Source: Ginglymostoma cirratum (lineage: Eukaryota). Taken from it: a stretch of 64,000 bases of DNA. The stretch covers positions 9,889,048 to 9,953,047 of the forward strand of contig JAHRHZ010000051.1 of NCBI GenBank assembly GCA_024137785.1, written 5' to 3'. Below, one piece after another: positions 12,411 to 24,594 of this stretch; the stretch's first letter is position 1; every line of letters begins with the position of its first letter. The position numbers and the translations under genes were made by a program. The notes under the pieces are model-generated. The model had not been told where the DNA came from and ran no database searches. It saw nothing but the letters and a program-made list of their open reading frames with translations.

Positions 12411-14479
12411 TTCCATCAGCATATTTAAGAAAATGAGTTAATCAGGTCCAGTGTAGATATCACATTATTAGTTGAATTTATCCAAATACTAATTCTTCAC
12501 TGTAGTTGTATAATGTGATTGTTCTGAAAGGGTTCATGTTGGAGACTGCATTAGGCTCCACCCAATCTGATGACATCATACAGCTAAGGAAATGGGAAAC
12601 CAGATAAGGAAATGGGAAACTAGCTCATACCTTGTGGGTCAGGCATGCGATCGTTGGCCTTTGATAATCTTAGCAATTATGTTTAACTAGCTCAATGTAA
12701 CTCAAACCTATTGCTATCATGCAATAAGCACCAAGCTCTTGCATTTTTTGGCTAATTGTCAGTTTCTTCAAATTTCAGGGAGGTCTTCTCTCTATTGGGC
12801 CTGGTGAAATTTCTCACCATATCTTACCAAACTCATTCCATTGATTACCTACTCACCCCTGTCTGATTCCAGCCCCATCTTACCACTCACCATTCCTGGT
12901 GCAGCTCACCATTCACCAAATATTCACATTCTTAAAACTCCATTGTGCACCAGAATGAACGCTAGCATTCCAAAGTTGCCCTGCTTGGTAATGGACAGTC
13001 ATCTGTGTGACAAGCGTTGACGCAGTTTCAGCAGAAAAATGAAGAAGATTAAGTAGCAGCTATTTGTGTTAAGTGATATGATTCCCCATTATGCAGTAGC
13101 ACAGCGTATTTATTATTTTAGCTTGCTAGCCAAAGACCATTTACAATGCTTGAGTTAAGGAAATCTGGTTTATAACCAGGGCTTTGAATGTTCACTTCCT
13201 GTGAAATACTTACCAAGTCATACCTGCTCTAAGTTTACCTTGGCTTATCTTCGAAGTGGTTTTTACTCTTTGTTCTGTCCTAAACACAGGGCAATCAGGT
13301 GACAGGCTGAGAGTTTGCTGGAAGGAAGGAAGGTATTGGGCCTGAAGAAAATGGAAAGTGATGCTCCAGGTTACACAGCTGACACAGAAGTCTATGTAGA
13401 AAAATACAGAACAATTAACTTTCTAAATTTGGAATTCAAAAATGCCTCCTGAGGTTGAAAATATTATGAGCTAAATTTAGCTGATGTTATAAGCTAATGA
13501 TCACTGTTGCTGATGATAATGGGAAAACACTAAATCACATTCCTTTATCAATTGTTTTAATGGGGGCATGAATGAGTTTATTTTAACTGTGTGAATTTAC
13601 CTTTTAAAATAACAGACATGGAAATGTTACGTGAAAATGTTAAGCAACATGGCCAAGAATACTTCTGGTTTTATATGTGTGAATTTTAGTGTTTTATAGT
13701 GAGCTGGTGGCCAGCACACATCCCACCTCGATTAGCAATGCACAACCTTCTAAAGTTTCTGTGTAGGCTCGTGTGTATTTTGTGTGGCAGCACATTCTAC
13801 ACTTGAGAGAAACATGAACAGATCAATTGGAAACAATAAAGTAAATCAGAGGTGGAGTCTTTGTGTTTTGGTTAACTCCACCTGAAACAAAGAGATGTTC
13901 ATTGAGCGTTAAGTTTTTTTAAAAAAGCAGCTTACTGAGGATGCAGTCATATTGAGGATATCAAGGAAAATATCCAACACAATCTACAGACTATTGTGAT
14001 TTGCTTTGTACAGTTAGGTACATTTGATTTGGAGATTTGGTCTGTCCAATGCTGTAGAGTCAGGTGTTAGAAGAACATCAGGTGACAGGGTCCTTGCAAT
14101 TACATATGATATTCATCCACAAAAAAAGTCAATTTACAGGTATCACTGCATTTCTCAGATGCCTATTAGATTGACGATGATCCAAGAGGAACATGATACC
14201 TTACTTCTCTAGTTATGATAACATTACACAGGAGAATGACAAATTTCCCTGTTGTGTCAATTGCAACTATCAGTGCAATCTCTCTGAATCATCTACCTTG
14301 ACAATAATGGTCAATAGCATTGCAAGGCTAAGAATATTGACATAGGTATCAGTGAATAACTCAAACGCCAGCTACCAAGATTTATTTTGTGTGAAACAGC
14401 CAGAAATCCCAAAGGATAGAAAACTGAATGTTGCCTGGCTGCTAGTGAAGTAACAATTTTGGGAACTTGAAAATAGTTC

Positions 14480-17130
14480 ACATAACAGAAGAGGAACTGC
14501 TGGGGGGTTTATAAAATATGAAGGTGGATAAATCTCCAGGAGCTGATCTAATGTATCAAGGACATGGTGGTAAGTTCAGGAGGAAATTGCAGGAAAAATC
14601 TCCCCTTGCAGAAATACTTGTATTATCCATTACTACGGGTGAGGTGCTGAAGGACTGAGAATGGTTACTGTTGTGCCGTTGTTTAAGAAGGGATTTAAGG
14701 AGAAGCCTGGGAACTACAGACCTGTGAATCTGACTTCGGTGGTGGGTAAGTTGTTGGAAGTGATTCTGAAATATAGGATTTATATGCATTTGGAGAAGCA
14801 AGGAATGATTAGGAATAGTCAGCATGGTTTCGTACGAAGGAAATCATGTCTCACAAACTTGATTGAGTCTTGTGATGAAGTAACCAAGAAGATTGATGAG
14901 GGTAGACATTGTTTATTTGGACTTTAGTAAAGCCTTTGACAATGTTGCACATGGTAGACTAATTAGCAAAGTAAGATCACATGAGATTCAGGGTGAGCTT
15001 GCCAAATGGATACAACATTGGCTTAATGGCATGAGACAGAGGGTGATGGTGGAGGGTTGTTTTTCAGACTGGAGGCCTGTGACCAACAGTGTTCCACAGG
15101 GATTGGTGCTATACCCACTTTTGTCTGTCATTTATATAAATGCTTTGGATGAGAATATAAAAGGCATGGTTAGTAAGTTTACAGATGTGGCATAAATTGG
15201 TGGTACAGTGGACGGTGAAGATGGTTATGTAAGATTACAAGGAGATCTAGATTTACAAAGAAGAAAAAGAACAAAGAAAATTACAGTACAGGAACAGCCC
15301 TTCAGCCCTCCAAGCCTGCACCGACATGCCGCACATCACAACTAAAAACCCCTACCCTTCTGGGGACCGTAACCCTCTATTCCCATCCTATTCACATATT
15401 TGTCAAAATGCCCTTTAAAAGTCACTATAGTATCTGCTTCCATTATCTCCCCCAGCAGCGAGTTCCAGGCACCCACCACCCTCTGCGTAAAAAAATTTAC
15501 CTCATACATCACCTTTAAACCTTGCCCCTCGCACCTTAAACCCATGGCCCCTGGTAACTGACATTCCACCCTGGGAAAAAGCTTCTGACTGTCCACGCTC
15601 TTCATAATCTTGTAGACCTCTATCAGGTCCCCCCTCACCCTCCGTCATTCCAGTGAGAACAACCCAAGTTTCTCCAACCTCTCCTCATAGCTAATGCCCT
15701 CCATACCAGGCAACATCCTGGTAAATCTTTTCTGTACCCTCTCCAAATCCACCACATCCTTCTGGTAGTGTGGCAACCAGAATTGAACACAATATTCCAA
15801 ATGCAGCCTAACTAACGTTCTATAAAGCTGCAACATTACCTGCCAATTTTTAAACTCAATGCCCTGGCTGGTGAAGGCAAACATGCCATATACATTGTTG
15901 ACTACCTTTTCCACCTGCATTTCGGCTTTCAGTGACCTGTGTACCCGTACACCCAGATCCCTCTGACTATCAGTACTCTTGAGGGATCTGCCATTTATTG
16001 TATATTTTCCATCTGGATTAGACATTCAAAAATGCATTACCTCACATTTTTCCGGATTAAACTCCATCTGCCATCTCTCTGCCCAAGTCACCAAACGATC
16101 TATATCCAGCTATATCCTTTGACGCCCTCATCACTATCTGCAATTCCACCAACCTTTGTGTCATCAGCAAACTTACTAATCAGACCAGTTACATTCTCTC
16201 CAAATCATTTATATATATTACAAACAGCAAAGGTCCCAACACTGATCCCCGAGGAATGCCACTAGTCACAGCCCTCCATTCAGAAATGCACCCTTCCACT
16301 GCTACCCTCTGTCAATTTAGCCAATGGGCTGAGGAGTGGCAGATAGAGTTTAATTTGGAAAAATGCAAAGTATTACATTTGGTAAAAACAAACAAAAGCA
16401 TGACTTATACAATTAATTATATAATAATAGGGCCTCGGGTAGTACTGTAGAACAGAGAGATCTAGGGATTCAGACACATAATTCTTTGAAGTTTGCATCA
16501 CTTATAGAAAGGGTGATTAAGAAGCGTTTAGCACACTTGTCTTCATTGCTCAGACCTTTGAGTTCAGGGTTAGGACGATATATTGAGGTTGTATAAGGTG
16601 TTGGTGAGGTCTCATCTGGAATATTGTGTCCAGTTCTGGTCGCCCTGTTATTGGAAGGATATTATTAAGATGAAGAGGTTTAGAAGAAATTTACCAGAAT
16701 GTTGCTGGGAATAGAGGGTTTGAGTTAAAAGAAGAGGCTGGATAGGGTGGGACTTTTTCACTTGGAGCGTAGGAAGTTGAGGGGTGACTTTATAGAGGTT
16801 TAGATAAGGTGAATGGCAGGGATCTTTTCCCTAGGGTGAGGGATTTCAAGACTAAGGGGCATATTCTTAGAGTGAGAGAGAAAGATTTTAAAAAGACATT
16901 TTTTTAACACAGAAAGTGGTTTTTGTGTAGAATGAACCTCCAGAGGAAGTGATGGATGTGGGTACAGTTACAATGTTTAAAAGACATTTGGATAACTACA
17001 TGAATAGGTTAGGTTTGGAGGGATACAGGCCAGGAGGAGGCAGATGGGACTAGTTTAGTCTGGGATTATGGTTAGCATGGACTGGTTAGGCTGAAGGGAC
17101 TTTTTCTGTGCTGTAAGACTCTATGACTCT
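14480..17130 (+). mobile_element. CR1 LINE ORF2 (RT) fossil, split by a nested CR1
   Basis: PGNYRPVNLTSVVGKLLE, QHGF..RKSCLTNL, YLDFSKAFD, VPQGLVL, SKFTD. Interrupted at about 15252 and resuming at about 16312 (QWAEEWQIEFN). (CTATGACT) tail at about 17111-17130. Confidence 0.92.
15253..16311 (-). mobile_element. Nested CR1 3' fragment
   Basis: ORFs 15645-16025 (LYRTLVRLHLEYCVQFW) and 15342-15638 (RGDLIEVYKIM...FFTQRVV), opposite in orientation to the host element. Confidence 0.92.
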
Positions 17131-17400
17131 TGGGGTCTTAGGGGTAGATGGGAATGTGGAACTTGAAACACAAACAGATCAGCATGACCTTAATGAATAG
17201 CAGGGCTGCCTCAACGGGGCAAACTAGTCTGCCCCCTCAGCTATTTTGTATGTTTGTTTTTAACTGATCCATTAAAATGGAGAACAAAATAAAGCATAGA
17301 ATTTTATTTCAGCATCTAAAGGTTTGTATAACCTATGGACATTTCGTGATGCTGTCTCACTGATGACCCACTGTTAACAAAATAGTATAGCATAAAAATA

Positions 17401-17540
17401 GTATCAGAGATAAAAGGTACTGCAGATGCTGGAGAATCCGAGATAACAAGCATGGGGCTGGATGAACACAGCAGGTCAAGCCGCATCATAGGAGCAGGAA
17501 AACTTGACGTTTCGGGCCTAAACCCTTCATCAGAAAAGCC
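17401..17540 (-). mobile_element. Penelope-like 3' terminus (family A), solo copy
   Basis: Homologous to 1-116, 44401-44517 and 28878-29005. Confidence 0.85.
17503..17537 (-). ncRNA. Minimal type-I hammerhead ribozyme motif with intact core
   Basis: Minus strand: TTTT-CTGATGA-A-GGGT-TTAG-GCCC-GAAACGTC-AAG. All core nucleotides present, palindromic ACGT helix III, GUC triplet. Helix I is short. Confidence 0.78.
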
Positions 17541-17944
17541 TTTCTTTGCATAACTTGAACACGGCCTTGCAATCTTTGTGAAGACTGTATTGTCTTCACC
17601 TTGCTATGGGGATGACAGGACTTTAGCCTCCAAAATGTAGAAAACAAAAATGAGTATTCTCAGCATCATTTTAAGATCATTCTCCCAGAAGGAGGGCGTA
17701 GTAGGACATCCAAAAAGCAAATTAGAGACTTCCCTCACATATCCAATTTTAGTAATCTCTCAAAATGAACACAATTTACTTCCTTCATTATCCTGAACAC
17801 ATCCATAGATAACATATAAGTGTCTAGAAAACAAACAGACTCTACTTTTTAATCTAGTCTGGGTGGTTGAGCTGTTTCAAACTGGATATCACTCATATAG
17901 CCTTCTTCTGAACCAATTCCAAAGTCTCAACATTCCCATTGCTA

Positions 17945-18120
17945 GGGAGGTGAGGGCCTAGTGGTATTGTCACTGGATTAGTAATACAGAGACCCGATAT
18001 TCTGGTCATTTGGGTTTAAATCTCAATATGGTGGCTGGTGAAATTTGAATCCAGCAAGTATCTGGAATTGGAAGTCTAATGATCACCATAAAACCATTGA
18101 GTATTATTAAAAACCCATAA
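17945..18120 (+). mobile_element. tRNA-derived SINE 5' part
   Basis: ggcctagtggtattgtcactggattagtaat...gggtttaaatc (A/B-box-like head). Confidence 0.65.
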
Positions 18121-18539
18121 GCAACGAGGGCTGAACAATTCCACAACAAATAGATCAGACGTAGTCTGTAGTCCTGCCACATTCAATTGTAGGTAATTTA
18201 AAAAAAAACTCATTGGGGTAGGAGGGTCCACAAATATTCCTATCTTCAATGAGGATAGTTCTCTGAACATCCGTGCAAAAGAGAAGGCATCTGTAACAAT
18301 CAGAAGTGCCACGTGAATGATCCATCTTGGCCTCCACCACTGGTCCGCAGCATCACAGATGCCAAGCTTCAGCCAATTTGATTTGCTCTACGTGGGCCCT
18401 GAGAATCTTCCAGCTACTGTACTGAAGACTTGTGTTACAGAACTTGCTCATGCCATGCTAAGCTGTTCCAGCACAAAACCGGCATCACAAGAAAAATCAC
18501 GTGGCCTTATCCTACTGCAGGAGTAGAGGATTCAAGAAG

Positions 18540-20710
18540 AGATCTGATTGGTAAGTAGTAGGTATGGTCAGGTAAATATTTACAACTTCTATCACTTACC
18601 AGGCCAGGCAACGTGTTGTACCTGCACGATGTGGGTGCTGGTGGACCCCTTGTGGTTCACAATGACTACATCTACAGCAAGTGTTGGATGCTTGAGGAAC
18701 TTCAGCTCAAAGCTGATGAACTGGAGTCTGACTTCAAACACTGCAACACTTCAGGGAGGGGAGATTCACCTGGATGCTATGTTTCGGGAGGCAGTCACAC
18801 CCTTTAGATTAACTAACTTGAATTTGGTCAGTGGTCAGAGACAGGAGTGAGTGACTACAAATGAGGCAGGTAGAGGGATCCAAGCAGTAGTGCTGAAGGA
18901 GGCTCAGCCCTTGAGCTTGTCTAACAGATTTGAGATTCTTGCTTTCTCTGTGTCGATGAGAATGGGGACTTAGGGAGGATGAGCAAACTGACTGTAGCGC
19001 TATGGTACTGGGAGCATTTCAAGAAGAGGAGGAAAACAGAAATGTAGTTGTACTCAGGGATAGTACAGTCAGGGGAATAGACACTGTTCTCTGTGCCTTC
19101 ATCAGAACTGAAGAGACATCTAGACTCAAAAGATTAGCTTGCTCTCTCTCCACGGATGCTGTCTGACCCACTGTGATCTCCAGCATTTGCTGTTTTCAGT
19201 GCAGAAACCATCATCTGCAATAATTTGCTCCTAAATTCTGTAGGCTGTCCTACTGCCTGGTGCCTGGGTTCAGGACATCTCTTTTGGGCTGCAGAGGAAC
19301 TTGGAGTGGGAGGGGAAAGTTCCAGTTGTTGTAGTGCTCGTCGGTACTAATGATATAAGTAGAAAGAAGAAAGAGGTTCTGCTGAGGGAAAATGAGCAGC
19401 TGGGGGCTAAATTAGAAAGCAGAACCAAAAAGTTAATCATCTCTGGATTACTACCTGGGACATGAGCAAATCGACACAGAATCAAACAAAATTAAAGAGG
19501 TAAACTTGTAGTTCAAAAATTGGTGAGGGAGAAACAGATTAAGATTCACGTGACATTGGCACCAGTACTGGAGAAGGAGGGAGCCATCCTGATGGGATAG
19601 GCACCACCTGAATCATGCTGGGACTAGAGTCCTAGCGAATTGTATAATGAGTTCTGCGGGCAGGACCTTAGATTAACTAATGAGGGGTAGGTTCAGTTGG
19701 TAGCCTTGTTCGTAAGGTATGAAATTAAATCAGTAGCATGATGTAGAGTCAGAAGGCATAGAATCTGTTTTGATAGAGTCGAGGAACCACAAAAGAAAAA
19801 AACTCCTGATGGGACTGTAAATTACAGTGTAATTTGGACAGGGTGAATAAGTGGGCAAATGCATGGCACATGCAATATAAGGAGGATAAATATGAGGTTA
19901 TCCACCTTGGGCGTAAAAATAGAAGGCAGATTATTATTTGAATGGCTATAAATCGAGAGAGAGGAATATTCAATGAGACCTGGACGTCCTCATGCACCAG
20001 TCATTGAAAGTAAGAACGCAAGGGCAACAGGCAGTAAAGAAGACAAACTTAATGTTGGCTTTTATAGTGAGAGGATGGGAATATGGAACAAGGATGTCTT
20101 GCTGAAATTATATGGGGTATTGGTGAGGCCACACCTGGAATATCATGTGCACTTCTGGTCTCCTTATCTGAGAAAGGATTTACTTGTTACAAAGAGGGTG
20201 CAGTGAAGGTTTACCAACTATATTTCTGGTTCAGCAGGCTGACATGAGGAGAGATTGAGTCAGTTAGGATTGTAATTGGAGTTTAGAAGAATGAGGAAGG
20301 AGCTCATTGAAACCGATAAAATTCTAGAAGTTAGATGCAGCGAGTTAAAATTCCACAGGTTAGATGCAGGAAGGATGTTCCCGATGGTGGGGAGTCTAGA
20401 ATCAGAGAACATAGTTTAAGGAAAAGGGGTAAACCTTTTTAGGCTGAGATGAAGGGAAATTTCTTCACCCAAAGAGTGGTGAGTCTGGGGATTTCACTGC
20501 TACAGAAAACTGTTGAGGCCAAACCATTATGTGCCTTCAAGAAGGAGGTAGATATAGCTCTTGTGGCTAAAGGGATCAAGGGATATGGGGGTGTGGGCAG
20601 CATTAGGGTATTGGGCTCAATGATGAGTAATGATCATAATGAATGGTGGGTAGGCTAGAGGGGTCAAATGACTGACCCCTGCTCCTATTTTCTATCTCCC
20701 CGTGTTTCTA
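18540..20710 (+). mobile_element. Internally deleted CR1 retaining ORF1 (zinc finger/coiled coil plus SGNH esterase) and the ORF2 3' end
   Basis: CCTCTMW...KCWMLEELQLKADELE; VVVLRDSTVRGIDTVLC; CLPGA; VVVVLVGTNDI; IISGLLP; HLNHAGTRVLA; then LYGVLVRPHLEY and FFTQRVV. Confidence 0.85.
19097..19235 (+). mobile_element. Short Penelope-associated element with decayed hammerhead, inserted in CR1 ORF1
   Basis: cttcatcagaaCTGAAGAgacatctagactcAAAAgattagc...cacggatgctgtctgacccactgtgatctccagcattt interrupts the esterase frame. Confidence 0.6.
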
Positions 20711-21524
20711 TGGCTCCTACCCAACAATGTGGAAAATTGCCCAGGTATATCCTGTACACAAAAAGCAGGACAAATCCAACCCAGCCAAATACCGTCCCCT
20801 CAGTCTACTCTCGATCATCAGTAAAAGTGATGGAAAGTGTCAACAGCAGTGCTATCAAGCAGTATCTGGTCAGCAATAACCTGCTCAGTGACACCCAATT
20901 TGGGTTCTGTCAAGATGCCATTTGACCAAGCTTGGCATCAAAGGGCCCTAGCAAAACTGGAATCAATGGGTATCAGGAGCAAAGTCCCTGCTAGTTGTAC
21001 TCATACCTGGCACGTAGTAAGATGGTTGTTGTTGTTGGAGGTCAGTCATCTCAGCTCCTTGACATCTCTGCAGGAATTCCTCAGGGTAGCGTCCTAGGCC
21101 CAACCACTTTCAGCTGCTTCATCAATGACCTTCCCTCCATCATACAGTCAGAAGTGGGGAAGTCATGTACCCTGCTCCAGGACTTGTTGGAGAATTCCAG
21201 AGTATTATTGAAGGCAGACGATGTGGAAGACCACTGCCCATCTGTTGCATCCTCTGAGAGATATCCACAAAAACCTTCACCATGCTTCATTGTAAATGAC
21301 TCCAGTGGGTGTTTTTGCCTGTATTACTCTATCTGGACATTTATTCTAAATGTTGATCACTCTTTGCATGAAGACAACGTCTTGGTATCTGTCTTAAAGG
21401 TGACCATCTATAGTCTGTACCTGTATCCAATTCATTCCATTCTTGCAGCTTGATTTAAAGTAATATTCTGGTTTCAATTTCTGCATTCCCTTTAACAATC
21501 TTATATCTATACCTCTGTAATGCT

Positions 21525-21700
21525 AGATTTGATTTATTATTGTCACATACACTGAGATACAGTGAAAAGTGTTGTTTTATGTGCTCTACAGGCAGATCGT
21601 ACTATGCAAAGTGCTGGATACTGAGTTAGAGCCACAGAGAAGGTATAGAAAGAGACAGATCAACATTAACATTTGAAAGGTCCATTCAAAAGTCTCATAG
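21525..21700 (-). mobile_element. Rex1/Babar-type 3' end fragment
   Basis: Reverse complement cttttcactgtatctcagtgtatgtgacaataataaatcaaatc matches the tail at 59901-59954. Confidence 0.55.
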
Positions 21701-22291
21701 CAGCACGTCTCTGATGATCCCTTTCCTAAATGAATTGCCCACATTTCTCCAATCCTCTTCTGCACTCATATCCTTGATGCCAAGGGTCATTGTGATTATT
21801 TTTCTGTTCTCTTCAGTTCTCTGCACTGCCTCCACTGAAAGATTGTGCCTTATTTCATGGGGCCCAGAACCGTCTGAAGCATTCAAGATGCAACATGGCC
21901 AGAATTTAACAACTGGCTCCTCAGACATCTTCCACTTGCACTTCAGCCTCAGCAAAGTAGCCTTCAGAAATCAAAACTTGATGGGTTCCTGCAAGTATAC
22001 CCAAGGAAGACCAATTCAGCAAAGTGCTACTTGAGACACTCTCAGTTAGAAGATAGTATTTGCCAAACTAGCTTGAGTTTGTGTGGGCTGGTGCCCCCTG
22101 CTGGAAGTTGTTTGTCTAACATCTGAGCTGAATTCAACTCTGGACAATTGTTAATAGCCAATAGCAGCAGATGTAGTATAAGCCAATTTGATGAACAAGA
22201 ATTGCACAGCTGAAAAACTTCTTTTGTGGCAGGAAGCCTGAAAAGCAAACCCTGTCAGCTCTCAGTGGGAGTAACTCTCATTTAAAGACAT

Positions 22292-22590
22292 TCATAGAGC
22301 TCATACAATCCATACAGCGTGGAAACAGGCACTTCGGTCCAACAAGTCCACACCGACCCTCAAAGCATCCCACCCAGACCCATCCCCCTATAACCCACCT
22401 TATCCACACATTCCTGGACACTATAGGCAATTTAGCATGGCCAACCCACTTAACCTGCTCATCTTTGGATTGTGGGAGGGAACCAGAACACCTGAAGGAA
22501 ACCCATGTAGACACGGGGAGAATGTGTAAACTCCACACAGACAGTCGCCCGAGGGTGGAATCAAACTTGGGTTCCTGGCGCTGAGAGACA
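22292..22590 (-). mobile_element. HE1-like V-SINE with CR1 tail
   Basis: V-domain tgtgtggagtttacacattctccccgtgtctacatgggtttcc, tRNA B-box remnant and CR1-type 3' end. Confidence 0.85.
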
Positions 22591-22684
22591 ATGCCTGATC
22601 AAGGGACCAGACTTCAGGAAGTGATAGTGCTCGAGAGCTGGGGGGGCACTGGAAGTCACACATCTTCCCTTTCTTCTAATGATC

Positions 22685-23025
22685 TGATGGCAGCCTAGTG
22701 GTAGTGTCAGTGGGCTCATGTTCCAGAAGTCCAGGCTAACTGTCCGAGGAAAGGGGTTCAGATCCCACCATTTCAGCTGGTTCAACTCAAATACAATTAA
22801 TAAAAATGTAGAATTGCAAGTTAGTCTCTACAACAGTGGCCACATAACTATCACAGATTGTGGTAAAAATCCATCTAGTCCTTACCTGGTCTGGCCTACT
22901 CTTGACTTTAGATTCATAGCAGTGTAGTTTATTGTGAAATGGCCTAGAAATAGCTCAGTTCAAAGCTAATTGTAGGCTACAAATGCTGGCCTTGCCAGCG
23001 AAACTCACTTTCCATGAAAGTTTAC
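22685..23025 (+). mobile_element. tRNA-derived SINE
   Basis: tggcagcctagtggtagtgtc...gggttcagatcccacca...ccttacctggtctggcctac...aaatgctggccttgccagcg. Confidence 0.75.
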
Positions 23026-24594
23026 AAAAAATCCCTCCTGCTCCCTCAGCAGCCCGAAGTGTGACTCCCACACGGCCTTTACCTACCTGGTCCCTGGTGG
23101 ATGCATTGCTGGCAGCTACCATGGCACTAACTGGCAATGGAGGGCATTAATCAAATCTCAAGGATATGGTTCCACTCCCTGGGGTCCTATATTTCATTGA
23201 AGACCCAAGGCTGGCCAGATATGTGCCCGATGGACATGTACTTTAGGCAGCCCTTCGCAAAGACAAAGGGAACTCCTGATATTTTGTCATTCAGTGAATG
23301 AACCCCCCACTGCCAATTTAAAAGCCTAGCCCAGACATTCAAACTGAAAAATCTTTAACTAGAAAATTAAACTTTTTTTTTCTCTCTCTGCTCTTTGTTT
23401 AACATGTGTGAAATCAAGGATTACCTGAGTCTGTAAAACACATTAATGGAGGACTGAGCCTGGTCAATCAGACATGATTAACTCTCAACAGTCTTTGGTA
23501 AAAGCAGGAATTTGGAGATGCACCTTAGATACCTTAGTTGCACATAATTAGATCAAATCTGTCTTTGAATAAATGCAAAGCACTTTCAGCATCCAAATAT
23601 CCTTCAAGCATGTGAAGAAAAATGCCATTATCTCGGAGCTTTAGGTAAAGGTAGGATCTAAAATAATCCAATTTAAATGGTAATTTTCTCGGCGAGTGAG
23701 TTACTTTTCAAATTGCAGTCTTGTTTATTCTTAAATGCATCACTTGCTCTTACAAGTTGCAACATCTGACTCAACCTGCTTTAAAGGCTTGCAGCAGCAC
23801 TGACCGGAGTTTCCATTCGGCACCACGTGAACATCCTGACTCAGCTGACTCCATAGGAACTGCCTGGGAAACTGAAGATAATGATGGGCAATTCTCCCGT
23901 CCTCTGAAAAAGCCCCTTAGAGTTGGAGAATTTACACTCACTTAAGATTAATAGTTACCCAAGAAGTGTTAGCGGATTATAAATTTCCTTTAACGCTTGG
24001 GTAATTACTAAAATGACAAATTCTCCCCAAATTTGACTCACCATTGACCCCTCTGATGACATCCACTTCCGATTTCACCATCACTTCTTCCAGGGGTATT
24101 TAGGGATGTGCAATAAACATTGCCTTTGTCAGCGATACCCATATTCAGTGACCAATGTTAAAACAAAATAATTTTAGCACATTTTAATTCTTGTTGATGC
24201 CTTACCTCTTGAACCAAAATTATTGCAGCAAATCACACAAACTACAACAAGCAGATTTAACCGCCGACTCATAAGAAAAAACACACCTTCAGGAAAAACA
24301 GTAAAATAAAGTGTCGATCCAAATAAAAAGAGACAATGTGAAGAGCAATGTCACAGGATGTGGATAAGGATTCAATTTTTTTCAGTTCGGCCTGAACATT
24401 GTTGAGCAACATCCCAATACAAAATTTATTTTTAAGGTACCAAAAAGCATTGCATTTTATAAACCTAGGGAAAAATACAAAATAGTAGAAATCTGCGCTA
24501 AAGGAATGAATACTTGAGAAGAACAACTGGCCTTTAATAACTCCAGCAGCTGTGAAGTGTAGTATAAATGGATTACTATGTTCAGTGGTGGATC

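Larger units (their letters stand above)
18120..21160 (+). mobile_element. CR1/L2-group LINE RT fossil (18120-18486 and 20711-21160), split by a CR1
   Basis: VLKTC..ELA..L in the first part; P.MWKIAQV.PVHKKQDKSNPA.Y and [22 protein letters not shown] in the second part. Confidence 0.75.

Noticed and set aside
12585-12623. 20-bp tandem duplication taaggaaatgggaaac(c/t)ag
   Set aside because: A simple two-copy slippage duplication with no sign of function.
13850-13883. 9-bp stem-loop aggtggagt/actccacct
   Set aside because: Too short to be distinguished from chance in 64 kb, with no supporting motif.
17945-18030. tRNA gene candidates (also at about 22690 and 32010)
   Set aside because: These are degenerate tRNA-derived SINE heads; they form no cloverleaf and run on into SINE bodies.
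24287-24464. Possible isolated minus-strand exon (ccctAG|G ... AAG|GTGTGT) with an open frame
   Set aside because: No recognisable protein motif and no partner exons found; such splice-like sites occur by chance. RNA-seq would be needed.
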